A program made the position numbers and the translations under genes. Below are positions 1 to 14,944 of a DNA stretch of 64,000 bases, one piece after another (position 1 is the first letter of the stretch; every line of letters starts with the position of its first letter). Under the pieces are notes generated by a model that did no database searches, had not been told where the DNA came from, and saw nothing but the letters and a program-made list of their open reading frames with translations. Origin of the DNA: Dendrobates tinctorius (Eukaryota). The stretch covers positions 19,778,001 to 19,842,000 of the forward strand of contig NW_027361671.1 in assembly GCF_039654945.1 (NCBI RefSeq), read 5' to 3'.

Positions 1-1618
1 CAATCAGTGACAGACAGCGGGGAAGCCGGTCGGAGGTAAGTATCACACATAGTGATATCGCTAGCAATATCGCTGCTGCGTCACAAAATCGGTGACGCTT
101 TAGCGATCTTGCTATGTGTAAAACCCCCTTAAGTAAAAAAAAGTATACAACAATGTGAGTTTTTAATTAGATTACTGACTAAAAGGTTCAACTTTCCAAC
201 TGTCTAAACTTTGCAGCGGGAATACTCAAGTTAAAACTGGTTGATATCAGTTTGGTCAGTTTTTTACTTCAGTATTTGTAAGCCAAAACCAGGAGTGGGC
301 GATAAATACAGAAGTGGTGACATGTTTCTATTATACTTTTCTTCTGATTGTTCCACTCCTGGTTTTGGCTTACAAATACTGAGGTAAAGGGGGCGTGGCT
401 TGAGCTCAGCACAATGGAGGATGTCTGAGCTTTGAGCTCCCGCTGACCAAGCCAAATAAGCGACCACAGAGCGTGAATACAGAAGAAATTTTTATTAATG
501 ATTACCTCTAACAACTTTCCCTATCCTCCCTGGAGCCACTGGACATTAATACCTGTAGAACTGGTGTGATATCTTCACCGCGCTACATGCCTGAGGTACA
601 TGGCGGCTGAGTCTGCAGCAATGGCGGGAAACACCTATTCATAATTGGCAAGAGTCCGGGAGTCCCTGCACAGTGGTATTACATCACTGTTCTATAACCA
701 GAACTGAGCTGGAGCAGAGCTAGCAAGAAGAAAGTAGATTGAGCATTTACCGGGATCCAGGCGAGCAAGCAGACCGGGACAAACAGTGAAGCTGAGGTAA
801 GCTCTGCCTCAGCAGGGCTGCAGAAAAAGGCGGGAAGCGGCAGTGAAGAGAAGCCATTGCAGCGCTGAGGAGAGCGGCCCGAAGGAAGAAGATGGGAAGG
901 CGGAAACTCGGTGGCTGACGTTGTGACTGGAAGAGGAGGAGCTGACAGGTGGAAGAAGAGGCGGAGAAGACGGGAGAAGGCGTGAAGAACGCGGTAGCTG
1001 ATTAAAGGGTGGCGGGACTGGAGCGTCGCTGAAGAAGCTTGGGATGCCATTTCCTCTCATAGACGTCGCAGTGAGGCAGTGACCACGGCTGGATAAATAG
1101 AAGATTTGGTGGCGCCATAGGAAGAGAAAGAGGAGCAACAGTGAGCGGTGACTGTGACGGACATTCAAGAGGTAAAGTGAAAGAGACTATCATACCCTTG
1201 CACAATAGCCCTACTGGGCTGGGGGAAGCAAAAGAGCTTTAAATCTCTAAACAGCAGGAGATGAGCCACCACATTGCTGAAGAGAGAAAAGGACTTCAGG
1301 GGGTCTAAAGCGACGGCTGGTGACTATAGTGGTAAGAGCCCTGGTGGAATGAGGGACGAGACCATAACCTTTTTGGGAACTGACAAAAGCAAAAGAAGCC
1401 TATTTTACCCTGAACAATAGCCCTGATAGGCTGTGGGAGGCAGGAGGGCTAGAAACCACTGTGTTACAGAGTTCTTAACTGCATCCTTGCATTGTCTGCT
1501 AAAACCCCCATATAAGAGACAACTCTTTAGCCATACGTCCTGATATAAGGTTACTACAATGGCACTGAAAGGTGCTGAACTTGGCTTGCACAATATATAT
1601 CCTCAATTAGCTGGGCAG

Positions 1619-4600
1619 TGTTATGATTGAGTCACCGTAGGAGGCAAAAATAGAAATGCTAGCTAAGTCCAGAAAACCAGAGAAGTTGGCAGCTATCGGA
1701 TTTCAGACCCCTGAACCTATCAACACAGCTAGCAGTAGCCGTGGGGGGCTCCTACGATGCCCTAGGCCCCTCGATCACAGCCGGAGGACTACATAGCTTA
1801 AAGACAGAAAGGGAAATCTAAACTGCCCCAGAGCAGACCCCAAAGCAAAAGGCAGCCCCCCACATATAATGACGGTGAAGCAAGAAGAAAGAACAAAACA
1901 CAGACAGAAAGATAGACTGAGCAAAGATGGGGCCCACGCTAGCTTAGATAGGAAAGGACAGGAAGGCTGCTGTCTGCAATCCGTGAAAAACCCTATGAAA
2001 ATAAGAGCCAACAAACTGACAGTAAAAAAAGCCCTGAACAAGCTAGGCTTCAAAAAAGCTATGTCAGTACTCAGGAATATTCTGAAGACAGAGCAACAGG
2101 CAAAAGGAGATTCAGCTCACCCCAGCAGGGAATGGCAGAATCCAGAAAAGCAAGGAAAACAAAACACTAATGCAAAAAGGCAAAGCAGAAATCTTAGCTT
2201 TAGATGAGCAGGAATCAGACTGGTTTCCTAGAAGTCCACAGAGAAATCACCCGCAGGCCAGAAGGGCGTCGGCAGCCTTATATCCAGTCATTAACTACAC
2301 TCAGCCAGTCATCATCATCAGCCCCCGGTGTTTGACAATCAGGCTCACTACCTTTCTTCACCAAAAGAGGGAGTTCCTCGGGCCTCAGTAGTGAAGGGGA
2401 AAATGAACTCACAACAGTACCTCCCCCTTGAGGAGGGGTCACCGAACCCTCAACCACGCCACCAGGGCGATCAGGGTGAGCCCGATGAAAGGCACGCACC
2501 AATCTTTTGGCATGAATATCAGAGGCAGAGACCCAGGAATTATCCTCCTGACCATAACCCTTCCACTTAACCAAATACTGGAGTCTCCGTCTAGCCAGAC
2601 GGGAATCCAGTACTTTCTCTACCTCATATTCCATGTTACCTTCAACCAATACAGGGTCTGGAGGTGCAACCCCCGAAACAACAGGTTCAACAAACCTCTT
2701 CAACAAAGATTTATGGAACACATTATGGATTTTAAATGTGACAGGAAGAGCCAAACGAAAAGAGTTTAATCTCCAAAATCTTGTAAGGTCCAATAAATCT
2801 AGGCTTAAACTTAGGAGAAGCCACCTTCATAGCAATATTTTTTGATGATAACCACACCATATCACCAACCTTAAATTGGGGACCAGTGGTCCTATGTCGG
2901 TTGGAAAACCACTGGGCCTTTTCCTGGGAGAGAGATAACTTATCCACCACTTGGTCCCAGATCTGGTGCATTCTCTCCACCACAGTGTCAACCCCTGGGC
3001 AGGCAGAGGGCTCCACCTGCCCTGAAGAAAATTGAGGATGAAACCCAAAGTTACAAAAAAAAGGAGACATCAAAGTGGCAGAACTAGCTCTATTATTTAA
3101 AGCAAATTCGGCCAAGGGCAAAAATGAAACCCAATCATCCTGATCAGCAGAAATAAAACATCTCAAATATGACTCCAAGGTCTGGTTTGTTCTCTCTGTC
3201 TGCCCATTGGTCTGAGGGTGAAAAGCAGAGGAGAAGGACAACTGAATTCCCAGCTTGGAACAGAAAGTTCTCCAAAATCTAGACACAAACTGGACTCCTC
3301 TGTCAGATACAATGTTCTTTGGAATCCCGTGCAAGCGAACCACCTGTTGTAAAAACAGGGGCACCAATTCAGAGGAAGACGGCAACTTAGGGAGTGGTAC
3401 AAGATGAACCATCTTAGAGAACCTATCACAAATCACCCAAATAACAGTCATCCTTTGAGAGACAGGCATATCAGAGATGAAATCCATTGAAATATGGGTC
3501 CATGGCCTCTTGGGGACAGGCAAAGGCATCAACAACCCACTAGAGCGAGAACACGATTTAGACCGGGAGCACGTCCCACAGGACTGCACAAAATTCCTGA
3601 CATCACGAGACAAGGAGGGCCACCAAAAAGACCGACTCACCAGATCTCTAGTACCAAAAATACCTGGATGACCAGCCAAAGCAGAGCAATGAACTTCAGA
3701 CATCACTCTCTTCTTCCACTGGTCAGGAACATACAACTTTCCACTGGGACAACGCTCAGGCTTGTCCTCCTGGAACTCTTCCAGAGCACGTCTCAAATTG
3801 GGCGAGATGGCAGAAAGAACTACCCCTTCGCCTAAGATGGTAGCAGGCTTGGTCACGACAGGAGAATCAGCAAAGAAGCTCCTAGAGAGGGCGTCAGCCT
3901 TGACATTCTTAGTTCCAGGAAGAAAAGAAACCACAAAATCAAAACGTGTAAAAAACAAGGCCCACCTAGCCTGTCTAGGGTTCAAGCGCTTAGCCGACTC
4001 TAGGTAAATCAAATTCTTGTGGTCAGTGAGGACCATGACTTGATGCTTAGCTCCCTCCAACCAATGTCTCCACTCCTCAAATGCCCATTTCATGGCTAAC
4101 AGTTCCCGATTCCCCACATCATAGTTACGTTCAGATGGAGAGAACTTTCGGGAAAAGAAAGCACAGGGATTCATTTTAGATGTTACAGGATCCTTTTGGG
4201 ACAAAACAGCTCCTGCACCAATCTCAGAAGCATCCACCTCTACCTGGAATGGAAGTGAGACATCAGGTTGCCGCAAAACCGGGGCGGAGGTGAATCTTCG
4301 CTTCAGCTCCTGAAAGGAAGAAACAGCCTCCGGAGACCAATTTAACACATCAGCATCCTTCTTAGTCAAATCAGTCAATGGCTTGGCAATACTAGAAAAT
4401 TTTGCTATAAATTTCCGATAAAAATTAGCAAAACCCAAAAACTTCTGGAGGGCCTTCAAAGAAGTGGGCTGAACCCAATCGTAAATGGCCTGTACCTTGG
4501 CCGGGTCCATTTCAATAGTTGACGGGGACAAAATAAATCCCAAAAAAGAAATCCTCTGTACTCCAAAAAGGCATTTAGATCCTTTGACATACAGGGAATT

Positions 4601-7390
4601 CTCCCTCAAGATCCGGAACACAGTCCGAATATGTTCCACATGAGAATCCCAATCCTTGGAGAAGATCAAAATATCATCCAGATAGATAATCAAAAATTTA
4701 TCGACAAAATCTCGGAAAATATCGTTCATGAAGCACTGGAAGACAGAAGGGGCATTAGTGAGCCCAAAAGGCATCACCAGGTACTCAAAATGTCCCTCCG
4801 GAGTATTAAACGCCGTCTTCCATTAATCCCCATGCTTAATGCGAATAAGATTATACGCCCCCCTGAGGTCAAGCTTGGTAAACCAGCAAGCACCTTTAAC
4901 TCTGGAGAATAGATCAGAAATCAGGGGTAAGTTATACTGATATTTAACAGTAATTTTGTTGAGAGCACGATAATCAATACAAGGTCTTAATGATCCATCC
5001 TTTTTGGCTACAAAAAAAAAAACGGCACCTAAGGGTGACGAGGATGGTCTAATATGACCCTTCTCCAACGCCTCCTTAATATAGGATCGCATAGCCTCGT
5101 GCTCGGGTACAGATAAATTGAAGAGCCGACCCTTGGGAAATTTACACCCCAGGCTCAGTTCAATAGCACAGTCATAACTCCTATGAGGAGGCAGAGACGC
5201 AGACTCATTCTCACTAAATACATCATAAAAGTCCGCCAAATAATCAGGAACATCATGCGACTGAGGAGAGGTGGAAAACACCGGAGCCTCACTAAAAGCA
5301 CACCGACAACCCCAACTCACCACAGACACAGATTTCCAATCCAAAACTGGATTATGAATTTGTAACCAGGGAAACCCCAGAACAATAGTATCATGCAGAT
5401 TATGTAACACCAAAAACCTGCAATTTTCTTGATGGCCTGGGGCAACCCGCATTACCACCTGGGTCCAAAACTGAGGTTTATTTTTAGCCAAAGGAGTAGC
5501 ATCAATCCCCCTCAAAGGGATAGGCGTCTGCAGAGGTGTCATCGGAAATCCACAACGTTTAGCAATATCCAAGTCCATTAGGTTTAGAGCTGCTCCCGAA
5601 TCCACAAAAGCCTTGGCGGAAAATGTGGACAGGGAGCAGATCAGAGTAATAGCCAGAAGAAACTTAGGTTGAACACCACCAACAGAAAACGTGTGTGAAA
5701 AGCGTTTCTCGCATTTAGGACAGACAGAAATAATATGCGAGGCATCTCCACAGAAAAAACACAACTTATTACGCCTTCTGAACTCCTGACGCTGCTCTCT
5801 GGAAAAAACTCTATCACATTGCATAGGTTCAGACATCTGTTCAACAGGTGGCAACACCTCTCGTGCAGCTCTGCTTTCGCGTAAACGCCGATCAACCTGA
5901 ATGGCTAAAGACATAGAATCGTCAAGACCAGAGGGAACAGGAAATCCCACCATAGTATCTTTTATGGCTTCTGACAACCCCTTCCGAAAGAGAGCAGCCA
6001 AGGCATTATCATTCCAGGTAGTAAGTACTGCCCACTTTCGGAATTTTTTTGACAGTACAATTCTGCAGAATCACGACCCTGGTTCAATGCCAGCAGGGTC
6101 TTTTCAGCCTGATCAATGGCATTAGGTTCGTCATACAACAACCCCAAGGCCTGAAAAAATGCGTTCACATTAGTCAGAATAGGATCATCTGGTTTCAAAG
6201 AAAACGCCCAATCTTGGGGATCGCCACGCAGCAAAGAAATGACAATTTTAACCTGCTGCGCGGAGCTCCCTGACGAGTTAGGCTTCAAGGCAAAAAATAA
6301 TTTACAATTATTTTTGAAATTCAAAAATGTAGACCGATCCCCAAAAAATACATCAGGTGTAGGAATCTTTGGTTCAGCAGCATGTGAATGAGCAAGGTAG
6401 GCGGAAATTCCCCGCACTTCCGCAGCGAGCTGCTCCACACGATCAGACAATTGCTTTATCTCCATTGAGAGAAAAAAAAATTCCCCCTACGGCCTCAGAG
6501 ATATAGAGGAAAAAATATACACACTTTTTTTTTTTTATACAATTCTTTCCTGCTATTGAGTAACCTAGAATCTGCGGTATGGCGGGTGATTCTGTTATGA
6601 TTGAGTCACCGTAGGAGGCAAAAATAGATATGCTAGCTAAGTCCAGAAAACCAGAGAAGTTGGCAGCTATCGGATTGCAGACCCCTGAACCTATCAACAC
6701 AGCTAGCAGTAGCCGTGGGGGGCTCCTACGATGCCCTAGGCCCCTCGATCACAGCCGGAGGACTACATAGCTTAAAGACAGAAAGGGAAATCTAAACTGC
6801 CCCAGAGCAGACCCCAAAGCAAAAGGCAGCCCCCCACATATAATGACGGTGAAGCAAGAAGAAAGAACAAAACACAGACAGAAAGATAGACTGAGCAAAG
6901 ATGGGGCCCACGCTAGCTTAGATAGGAAAGGACAGGAAGGCTGCTGTCTGCAATCCGTGAAAAACCCTATGAAAATAAGAGCCAACAAACTGACAGTAAA
7001 AAAAGCCCTGAACAAGCTAGGCTTCAAAAAAGCTATGTCAGTACTCAGGAATATTCTGAAGACAGAGCAACAGGCAAAAGGAGATTCAGCTCACCCCAGC
7101 AGGGAATGGCAGAATCCAGAAAAGCAAGGAAAACAAAACACTAATGCAAAAAGTCAAAGCAGAAATCTTAGCTTTAGATGAGCAGGAATCAGACTGGTTT
7201 CCTAGAAGTCCACAGAGAAATCACCCGCAGGCCAGAAGGGCGTCGGCAGCCTTATATCCAGTCATTAACTCGACTCAGCCAGTCATCATCATCAGCCCCA
7301 GGTGTTTGACAATCAGGCTCACTACCTTTCTTCACCAGAAGAGGGAGTTCCTCGGGCCTCAGTAGTGAAGGGGAAAATGAACTCACAACA
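1619..7390 (-). mobile_element. Ty3/Gypsy chromovirus (Tf1/sushi-like) LTR retrotransposon, family A copy 1, defective
   Basis: 798-bp TG..CA LTRs at 1619-2416 and 6593-7390 (about 7 mismatches by eye); TSD gggcag; gag with CCHC knuckle, protease DSGA, RT YLDD, RNase H, integrase, chromodomain; PPT next to 2417; frameshifts and a stop at ~4823. Confidence 0.95.
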
Positions 7391-7870
7391 GGGCAGCAAC
7401 AAGTACAGTATCTATACTTGCTACTGTTAAATGCCAATTCAGCTGGGTATAAATCCGTAAACACCTCAGGTGTTGTGTAACCAAGCATCAGCTGTTCAAT
7501 AATTAACAGGACAATAGGGTGTCGAGTATTACCCACAACAAGGGATGTTGAGGCTCAACCCCAATCCAGATCCCCAATGTGCATACAGAGAAAACCACAA
7601 TGGATTAGTATTTAGTATTCTATGTAACCACCTGATATGGTACTACTAATTGCTATAGTACTTGCAGCGCAAGGTTTTAAATCCTCCTGCCTCCGCAGCC
7701 CCAATAGGACTATTGATCAGGGTTAGATAATGCCTCTGCGTTTTCAGCAATTACCCAGCGCAGGATGCGGATAATTTCAAAACAAGGACTTGTCATTTGG
7801 GAGGATTCCTTAGTATTATACACATATAAAGCTCACTATCTAGTGGAGTATCGACTGACTTCTTTGACAC

Positions 7871-9150
7871 TTGATAGATAAAATTGCGTCAAGTAGTCAA
7901 AAACTTACAGGACGACCCAATAGAAACCAAAAAACATGGGACACTTCCAAAACCAGACGGTTTAGTGACTCACCTAATTTAAATAGTCCTACTAAATCCA
8001 GATCACCAATCAGGAATAAAACTGATGAAAAATATAAATCTTCAGTAAAATCCTCAAATGCCTGCCATCGTAAAATGGCACAAGGGAAGGTGTTACAAAG
8101 GGATTTACTCCCTGAATTCCATAATGCCACACATAAGCCTAATTTGACCACGGGTAGTGGTGATGGGCCAGGGGAAACTCAAATACAAGAGGAAACCAGC
8201 ATGGATATGTCTCTATCCAACAAACGTAAAAACCAGGAGAGGGGGGACAGGAATAAAGGTACCTCTGCCTTAGACTCAGATAGTACATCGGAGGAATCCT
8301 CTTTTAATGGCAGTCCAAATAAGGCTCTCCAAAAAAGGGGTTGCCCCGCGACCTCGCTTTCTGTGACCCCTACATTAGAAACGATTAACTATGAAAATTT
8401 TTTTACATCAGATAAGCAAGTATCTGAAGGGATTCTTGCTAACTTTTGTAAATCATTAAAAGACTCTATAATGCTGGGTTTTGAGTCACAAAAAACCTTA
8501 TACAACAAGTCAGTGACAAATTCACTCACAGGTTCGAGATTAATCAAAATAAAATTACAGAGTTGGAAAATAAAACAGAGATTCTCACTCAACAAAATTT
8601 AGACTTGAGAGATGAAGTTAAGTTTTTGAAAACTAAAATGACGGACCTGGAAGACTGGAGCCGTCAAAACAATGTTAAACTCAGAGGGGTCCCAGAGAAC
8701 GTATTACAAGATGGTCTCTCGGATTATGCTAAAGTACTCTTTAAAACATCTATCCCCCCATTATCGGACATTCAACTGACAATAGATAGAATTCACAGGC
8801 TCCCGCGTCCGAAAGGTATCCCCCCAGACAAACCTAGGGATACCATTCTTCGCCTGTTATTTTTTTAAACGAAAGAAAAAATTTGAAAGTACTTGAGAGA
8901 CAGGCATACTTTCCCGGCGCCTTACGACAAAATCAAAGTCTACTCTGACTTTTCTAAAAACACAATAGATGTCAGAAAGTCGTTCAGGGAAATCACTACT
9001 AAGTTGAGGGACATGGAAATTGTATATAGATGGGGGTTTCCCACCAAAATTATAGTCTGGCACAAAGGCAAGAATGTTCCGTTGTTTACTGTGGAAGAAG
9101 GTAGGGACTTTATAGCCTTTCTAGAAAGAGACCTAAAAGATAAGGGTTGA
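7871..9150 (+). pseudogene. L1 ORF1p remnant (frameshifted)
   Basis: Coiled-coil followed by EDWSRQNNVKLRGVPE and IDRIHRL (L1 ORF1 RRM-type motifs), and YRWGFP in the C-terminal domain. Start position uncertain. Confidence 0.8.
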
Positions 9151-9416
9151 ACTGTTCTGTTAAAGTTCCATTGAGGTTTCTTTGGACATATTATCTATTA
9201 ATATTATAGCGCTATTGATAGTCATGATTGGACAGTGGTTGGTCATGTGGGACCTTTGCCACATTTTCTTTTACCGCGACTTCAGGAGATAGCCACTACA
9301 GGTGGTTCCCTCCAGGAGATCTCCATTGAGTTGTATTTACTCTTTTCTTTCTTCTGTTTAGTTTGGTTCTTTTACGTTACCAGACTTTTTAGAGTTGTTT
9401 TCTAGAGTGAGCGTTA

Positions 9417-12400
9417 ATGGATATTAAAATTCTTTCATACAACGTTAGAGGCCTTAACAGTCCCTATAAGAGGTATACTACATGGAAAGAGATCAAAATG
9501 TACCAGGCCGACATTATTTGCTTGCAAGAAGTGAAGCTGGCCAAAAACAACCATCCTACCTTTCAAAATAAAAATTACTCCAACATGTTTAAGGCACTAA
9601 AAATGAACAAGAAAGCGGCAGTAATCACTATTGTTAGCAATAAAATCCCATTCCAACTAATTGAGGAAGAAATAGATCCAGGAGGAAGATTCCATATATT
9701 AATCTCTAACCTTAATGGCAAACCTTTCACGATTGTTAATATTTACGCCCCGAATAAGCAACAGTTTACATTTTTCAACAAACCAAAAAAATTGAGAAGG
9801 TCAAAAGGGGAGAGCTAATGTTGGTGGGGGATTTTAATATGGTGCCTAATAGTAATATGGACTCATCATCCAAGGCTCGTCTGAAATACCCATCCTTAGA
9901 CAATTGGATTTCTAACAATGAACTATATGATGTTTTTCGATGCCACAATACGTCATCTAGAGAGTACTCTCATTACTCTGAGGTACACAAATCCTCATCG
10001 AGAATAGACCTATTTCTTACCAATATTTTTTCTTTGTCTAAATTTAAGTCCATTGAAATTCTAAACAAATCAGTCTCAGACCACTCACCAATCACGGCAG
10101 AATTTGCAATAGGCCCCCCAACCCACAATATTTTTTTAAGGAAGACCAATTTAACGATACTTAAAACGCATAAATATAGGGACATCATAGAAGAGACACT
10201 GAATAACTATTTTAAAGAAAATGCTATAGAAAACGTAGACCCATTCATATTATGGAAAGCACATAAGGATGTCATTAGAGGCTGTATTATGCAGCTGTCA
10301 TAAACGAGAAAAGAGGGAAAAAAATAAGATATAGTCTTTAATCAACTCAAAGGAGGAACAGCAAAATAGGTTACATACCCCATCGCATGATATCCACATG
10401 GAAATTTTAGAATTACGGCAACAACTGAAAACGCAACTAATGTCCGATTATGACGTAGCCATACGAGCCTCTAAATTTAATTATTATGCGTCTGCAAATA
10501 AGCCTACCCATTATATGATGAAAATGCTAAAAAGAGATAGACTTACTTAGAAGAATAAATAGGATTAAAAATTTGTTAGGCCACTCTCAAACACACCCCC
10601 GCCGGACATTGCGAATGTCTTTGCTACTTTTTTTGAAAAATTGTACAACTTAAAACAAGATCCGAAGATTCAGTCTCCAGATCAAAATGCAATTAGCTCC
10701 TTCTTAGCAGGCCTAAACCTTCCTCAAGTAGACAAATTAGACTTGGAAAAATTAAATAAACCCATCTCCATAGAAGAAATCAATAATATTATTCAAAAAC
10801 TTAAACCATTAAAGTCTCCCGGACCCGACGGGATTGCTAACGAATACTATAAAATATTTTCTAAAACTCTTTCTCCCCAATTAAAAATCCTATTCGACCA
10901 AGTAGCAAATCTCGGATCATTTCCGGCAGACATGTTGGAGGCTACTATAATATTAATACCTAAAGAGAAAGGTGAATCAGAGAGCGTACAGGATTATAGG
11001 CCCATCTCTCTGATCAATGGAGACATTAAAATATACTCCAAGATATTAGCGGAAAGACTTAAGCATATTTTGCCTCACTTGAACAGAGAAGATCAGGTGG
11101 GTTTTATTATTGGCAGGCAAGCGTCTGACGGCACCAAACGAGTTATTAACCTACTTAATTTGGCCAAGTGCACTTACGTTCCTTCTCTCTTTTTAACATT
11201 AGATGCGGAAAAGGCATTCGATAGAATCAATTGGTTGTACCTCAAGAATGTCTTGTTTTAATTTGGTTTTGACGAAAAATTTGTTTCTTCTATCCTTTCA
11301 TTGTATTCTAATCCTAATGCCAAAATTTACATAAACAATCATCTATCCAAACCCTTTAACATCACTAATGGTACTAGGCAGGGATATCCCCTTTCTCCCC
11401 TACTTTTTGCAATGGCCATAGAGCCAGTAGCCTAAAAAATTAGAACAAATCCTTCAATCTCTGGTTTCCATACTAAAAACCGTTCACACAAATTGAGACT
11501 TTTTGCAGATGATTTATTTGTTTCATTAACCAATCCGCTTAATTCCGTAGTAACTTTAATGGAAGATTTAGGGCTTTTCTCAAAAATTTCATTTTTCAAC
11601 ATAAACACAAAAAAATCTAAAGTTTTCCCTTTCAATATACCACAAAGTGATATCACGGTAATTATAGATCGGATCAAATTTCAACTGGAAACAAAAAGTT
11701 TAACATATCTAGGTATCAACATTACCAAAAATTTAAAACAAATTGTCCCTGCTAACATTGAAAATCTTATAAATATCTTATCTAAGGATTTTATCCGTTT
11801 TGACCTCATAGATCTCACACTTATGGGCAGAATTTTAGTTGTGAAATCAATCATATTGCCCAAAATTCTCTGTATCTTTCAGTGTATCCCTTTGAGAATT
11901 AGTGCAATGCTCTTGCATAAAATACAGAATCTGGTAAAATTGTTTGTTTGGAAAAACAAGAAGCCTAGGGTTTCTCATAACATATTGTTTAGGGGTAACA
12001 AGAATGAAGGTTTGGCGTTACCAAATATTGAGGCTTACTACCAAATGACTCTTGTCAAAAATAGTATACATTGATTTACGAAAGGGGTCTGTCCAATATG
12101 GTTAGATCTAGAACTTGCCGGTAATAATTATAAGTCTCTACAGGACACTTTCTTTAGTTACCTATTCGAGCCTAAGAACAGAAATCATACACATCCAATT
12201 CAGGATGCTATATTAGGAATCTGGATGAAATTTTCCCGATTAAAGAGGAAAGAAGACAGAACTACCACCTTAAAAAAATTTCCCTTTTAAACTACTAACA
12301 GAAATATACCAATTCGCTCTGCCCAGTGTATGGTCAGACCTAAAAGTAACAAAAATAGGTGAAAAACGGGATGGCTGCCAGATTGTTTCATTCTCCAAGA

Positions 12401-13195
12401 TTAAGGAGAAATTTCATGTACCTTCTGGTGAGTTCATGTCTTATCAGATATTAAAGGATATTCTCCAAAAACTTATGCGCAAAAAGTCTTTGAACCTAGA
12501 TCTCATTGCCTCGTTGATTGGTAGCATTACCTCTAAGACTAAATGGTCTCTTAAAAACATTTATTCCCGACTTAATGGAGACATTACTTTCTCCAAACAT
12601 ACTTATATGGAAAGGTGGGAGGCAGACCTAAGAATGATTTTTAGTCTAGAACAATGGGAATATGCCATTGACCACTCATATAGATCCACTGCATCCATGG
12701 CCTTGCTAGAAACATATTACAAAGTGTTGGTCAGATAGTATTACACCCCAGCAAGATTGGCCAATATAAGTCAGTATGCTTCTTCTTTTTGTTATAAGTC
12801 AGGATGCTTCTTTATGTTGGAGGGATTGCCATTTACCAGGGAACCTTTATCACGTTTTTTGGACTTGTCCTAAGCTGAAACTGTTATGGTCAGATGTTAA
12901 AGATCATGTGGACAAGTTATCACAAGTTAAAATTCACGTTACTCCCCAGATGGTACTGTAATCAATGGACAACGAATAGGTGGATGCTTCAATAAAGTGT
13001 GTGATGTTACACATGTTTATAGCGGTTAAAAGTATGATAGCTTTTTGGTGGAGGAAACCTGATGCACCACCTTTTACCACCATTGTTGACACTTTACGCT
13101 TGCATAGACAGATAGAAGAAAGAATTGCTCTCAATAACAATAGCTTGAATAAATACCATCTAAAATGGGCTGTTTGGAACTCTATCTTTATGTAA
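9417..13195 (+). pseudogene. L1 ORF2p remnant (APE endonuclease, reverse transcriptase, Cys-rich C-terminus)
   Basis: SYNVRGLN, GDFN and SDH (endonuclease); KSPGPDG, YRPISL, DAEKAFD and LFADD (RT); CWRDC..HVFWTCP; many stops and frameshifts. Confidence 0.9.
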
Positions 13196-14641
13196 ACTTG
13201 TTCTCACTCTGGGAACGGTACTATTTTTTGCATTAAGTCTGGATTGTACATTATGTTTATCCTGTATCAATGCGGAGGTCTCTATTTTTTATTCCCTTTC
13301 CCCTTGTTACCCCTTCTTTCTCTTATGTATTATAAAATTCAATAAAAATATTTGAAAACAAATATTGAGGTTAAAAAACATCACCAAATATTCAACGTGT
13401 GCACGTGGCCTTAGGCTCCGCATCTGACTTTATAAAATGGAAATCAAAGATAGCACGTTAGACTCCATGTTGCCGCTTCAGTGTGTTTTTTTTCCACAAT
13501 TGCACTAAAACTGCAGTATTTTTGCTGTTTTTTTTTTTTTAAATTGCAGGCAAGGTTGCGGTTTTACTGCACTACGGCCACAATTGTGGACACAGCCTAA
13601 GTAAATGTTCCTTTATTGAGCCATATCAACCTCAATTCAGCACCCAACTCTTGGCAGGTTCATAGGTTGCATATTTGGTGTGTATTTTACACATTTATTC
13701 AGGCCTTTTTGTTGTGGAAATTTAGTTAAAATCAAGAAAGAAATTTATATAGAGTTCCTATTTCAATGAATGGGTAAAATCTGCACCAAAAAAAATCTGA
13801 AGCAGATTTTAAAAATTAAGCAAAAGTGTTTATCTGCTCAGATTCTGCACTAAAAACAACGCAGCATGTGGGTCAGTTTAAACTGACATTATACTAGATA
13901 TTTTCATATAAAATGAGTGCCTCCATTAACATACGCTGCTCCGCTGGTTCTGGAACAGTTTTTTTTTTTTTTTCTGTGTCCCTCCGTTCCGAAACAATGA
14001 CCCCCTCCACTCTCTCCCCTCTGGTAATAATGATGATTATTTTCCCTTCAATCAACAGGGTGTAGATCACAGAACTTCTCTGTAGGTGTGGCCGTGTTTT
14101 GATTAGTCAGAGTCAGGGGAGCAAAAGCCCACAGAGAAGCCCTGTGATATACACCCAGTTGGTTGAATGGAAAATTTGCACTATTAATACTGAGAGGCAT
14201 AACTTTGGAATAAAGGGGACGATTAGAAAAAGAAAATCTGATCCAGGATCAGTATTACATAAAATAAAAGGAGGAACAATAGCGCTACATAATTTGGCTT
14301 GGTTATGATAAATTGTGCGGTAGAGGTAACATGGAAAAAGATAAAGTGGTGAAATCCTCATCATCAAGATATCAACTAAAAAAAGAAACTAATACGTATT
14401 CAAGAATGGAACTTCTCCTTTATAACGCAAGGTACAAGGTTTCATACAAATCTAAAAATATCTTCTGACTTTTCACAAAAGGTTAAATAAGTAATATTTA
14501 GTTATCAGAATAATTGTCACATATGAGCTAATGAGCTGATCACAGAATTTATAATGTTGATTGCATTTGCTGAATATGTCACTTGTGTGTTAATTCTGGA
14601 TTTGGGTATTCATGGAATTAATTTCCCTCCTTCATTTGTAG

Positions 14642-14818
14642 CTGGAATCCACTGAATTGCTGAGACCAAGCCCCTTAGTGCCACCATTAAGTCCAAGACT
14701 AGGAACTCTGCAAAATGTTTCATTGAAAGTCACTCCTGACATTGCAAATGGAGAAATTGGATTTACAAGTAATCTACCAATACTAGTGACAGAGCCAGAG
14801 AATGTCTCCCATAGTGTG
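14642..14818 (+). CDS. ADGRV1: ADGRV1 coding exon (LESTELLRPSPLVPPLSPRLG...IANGEIGFTSNLPILVTEPENVSHSV), phase 0/0
   Basis: ttgtag acceptor and gtaagt donor; 177 nt. The translation closely resembles my recollection of mammalian ADGRV1 (LETVELL..IPPISPRFG..IANGEIGFLSNLP). Confidence 0.92.
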
Positions 14819-14944
14819 GTAAGTATCACCATGTTCCACGAAGGAGGCAAAATAGGAATAACTTTGTTATGTGAATTATGTTCCTATTTGGAATCGTTTG
14901 TCAGGACTCTTTATCATGGGTGCACACCCTTGACTGGGGATTTA

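Larger units (their letters stand above)
389..13357 (+). mobile_element. Full-length degenerate L1 LINE (about 7.2 kb), interrupted in its 5' UTR by a Gypsy element
   Basis: Starts gggggcgtggc; ORF1 and ORF2 remnants present; AATAAA at 13341; imperfect ~17-bp TSD acaaatactgaggtaaa (372-388) / acaaatattgaggttaaa (13358-13375). Confidence 0.85.

Noticed and set aside
1775-2391. Duplicated short ORFs (also at 6749-7365)
   Set aside because: They are identical only because they lie in the two LTRs, and they are not preserved in the other family A copy.
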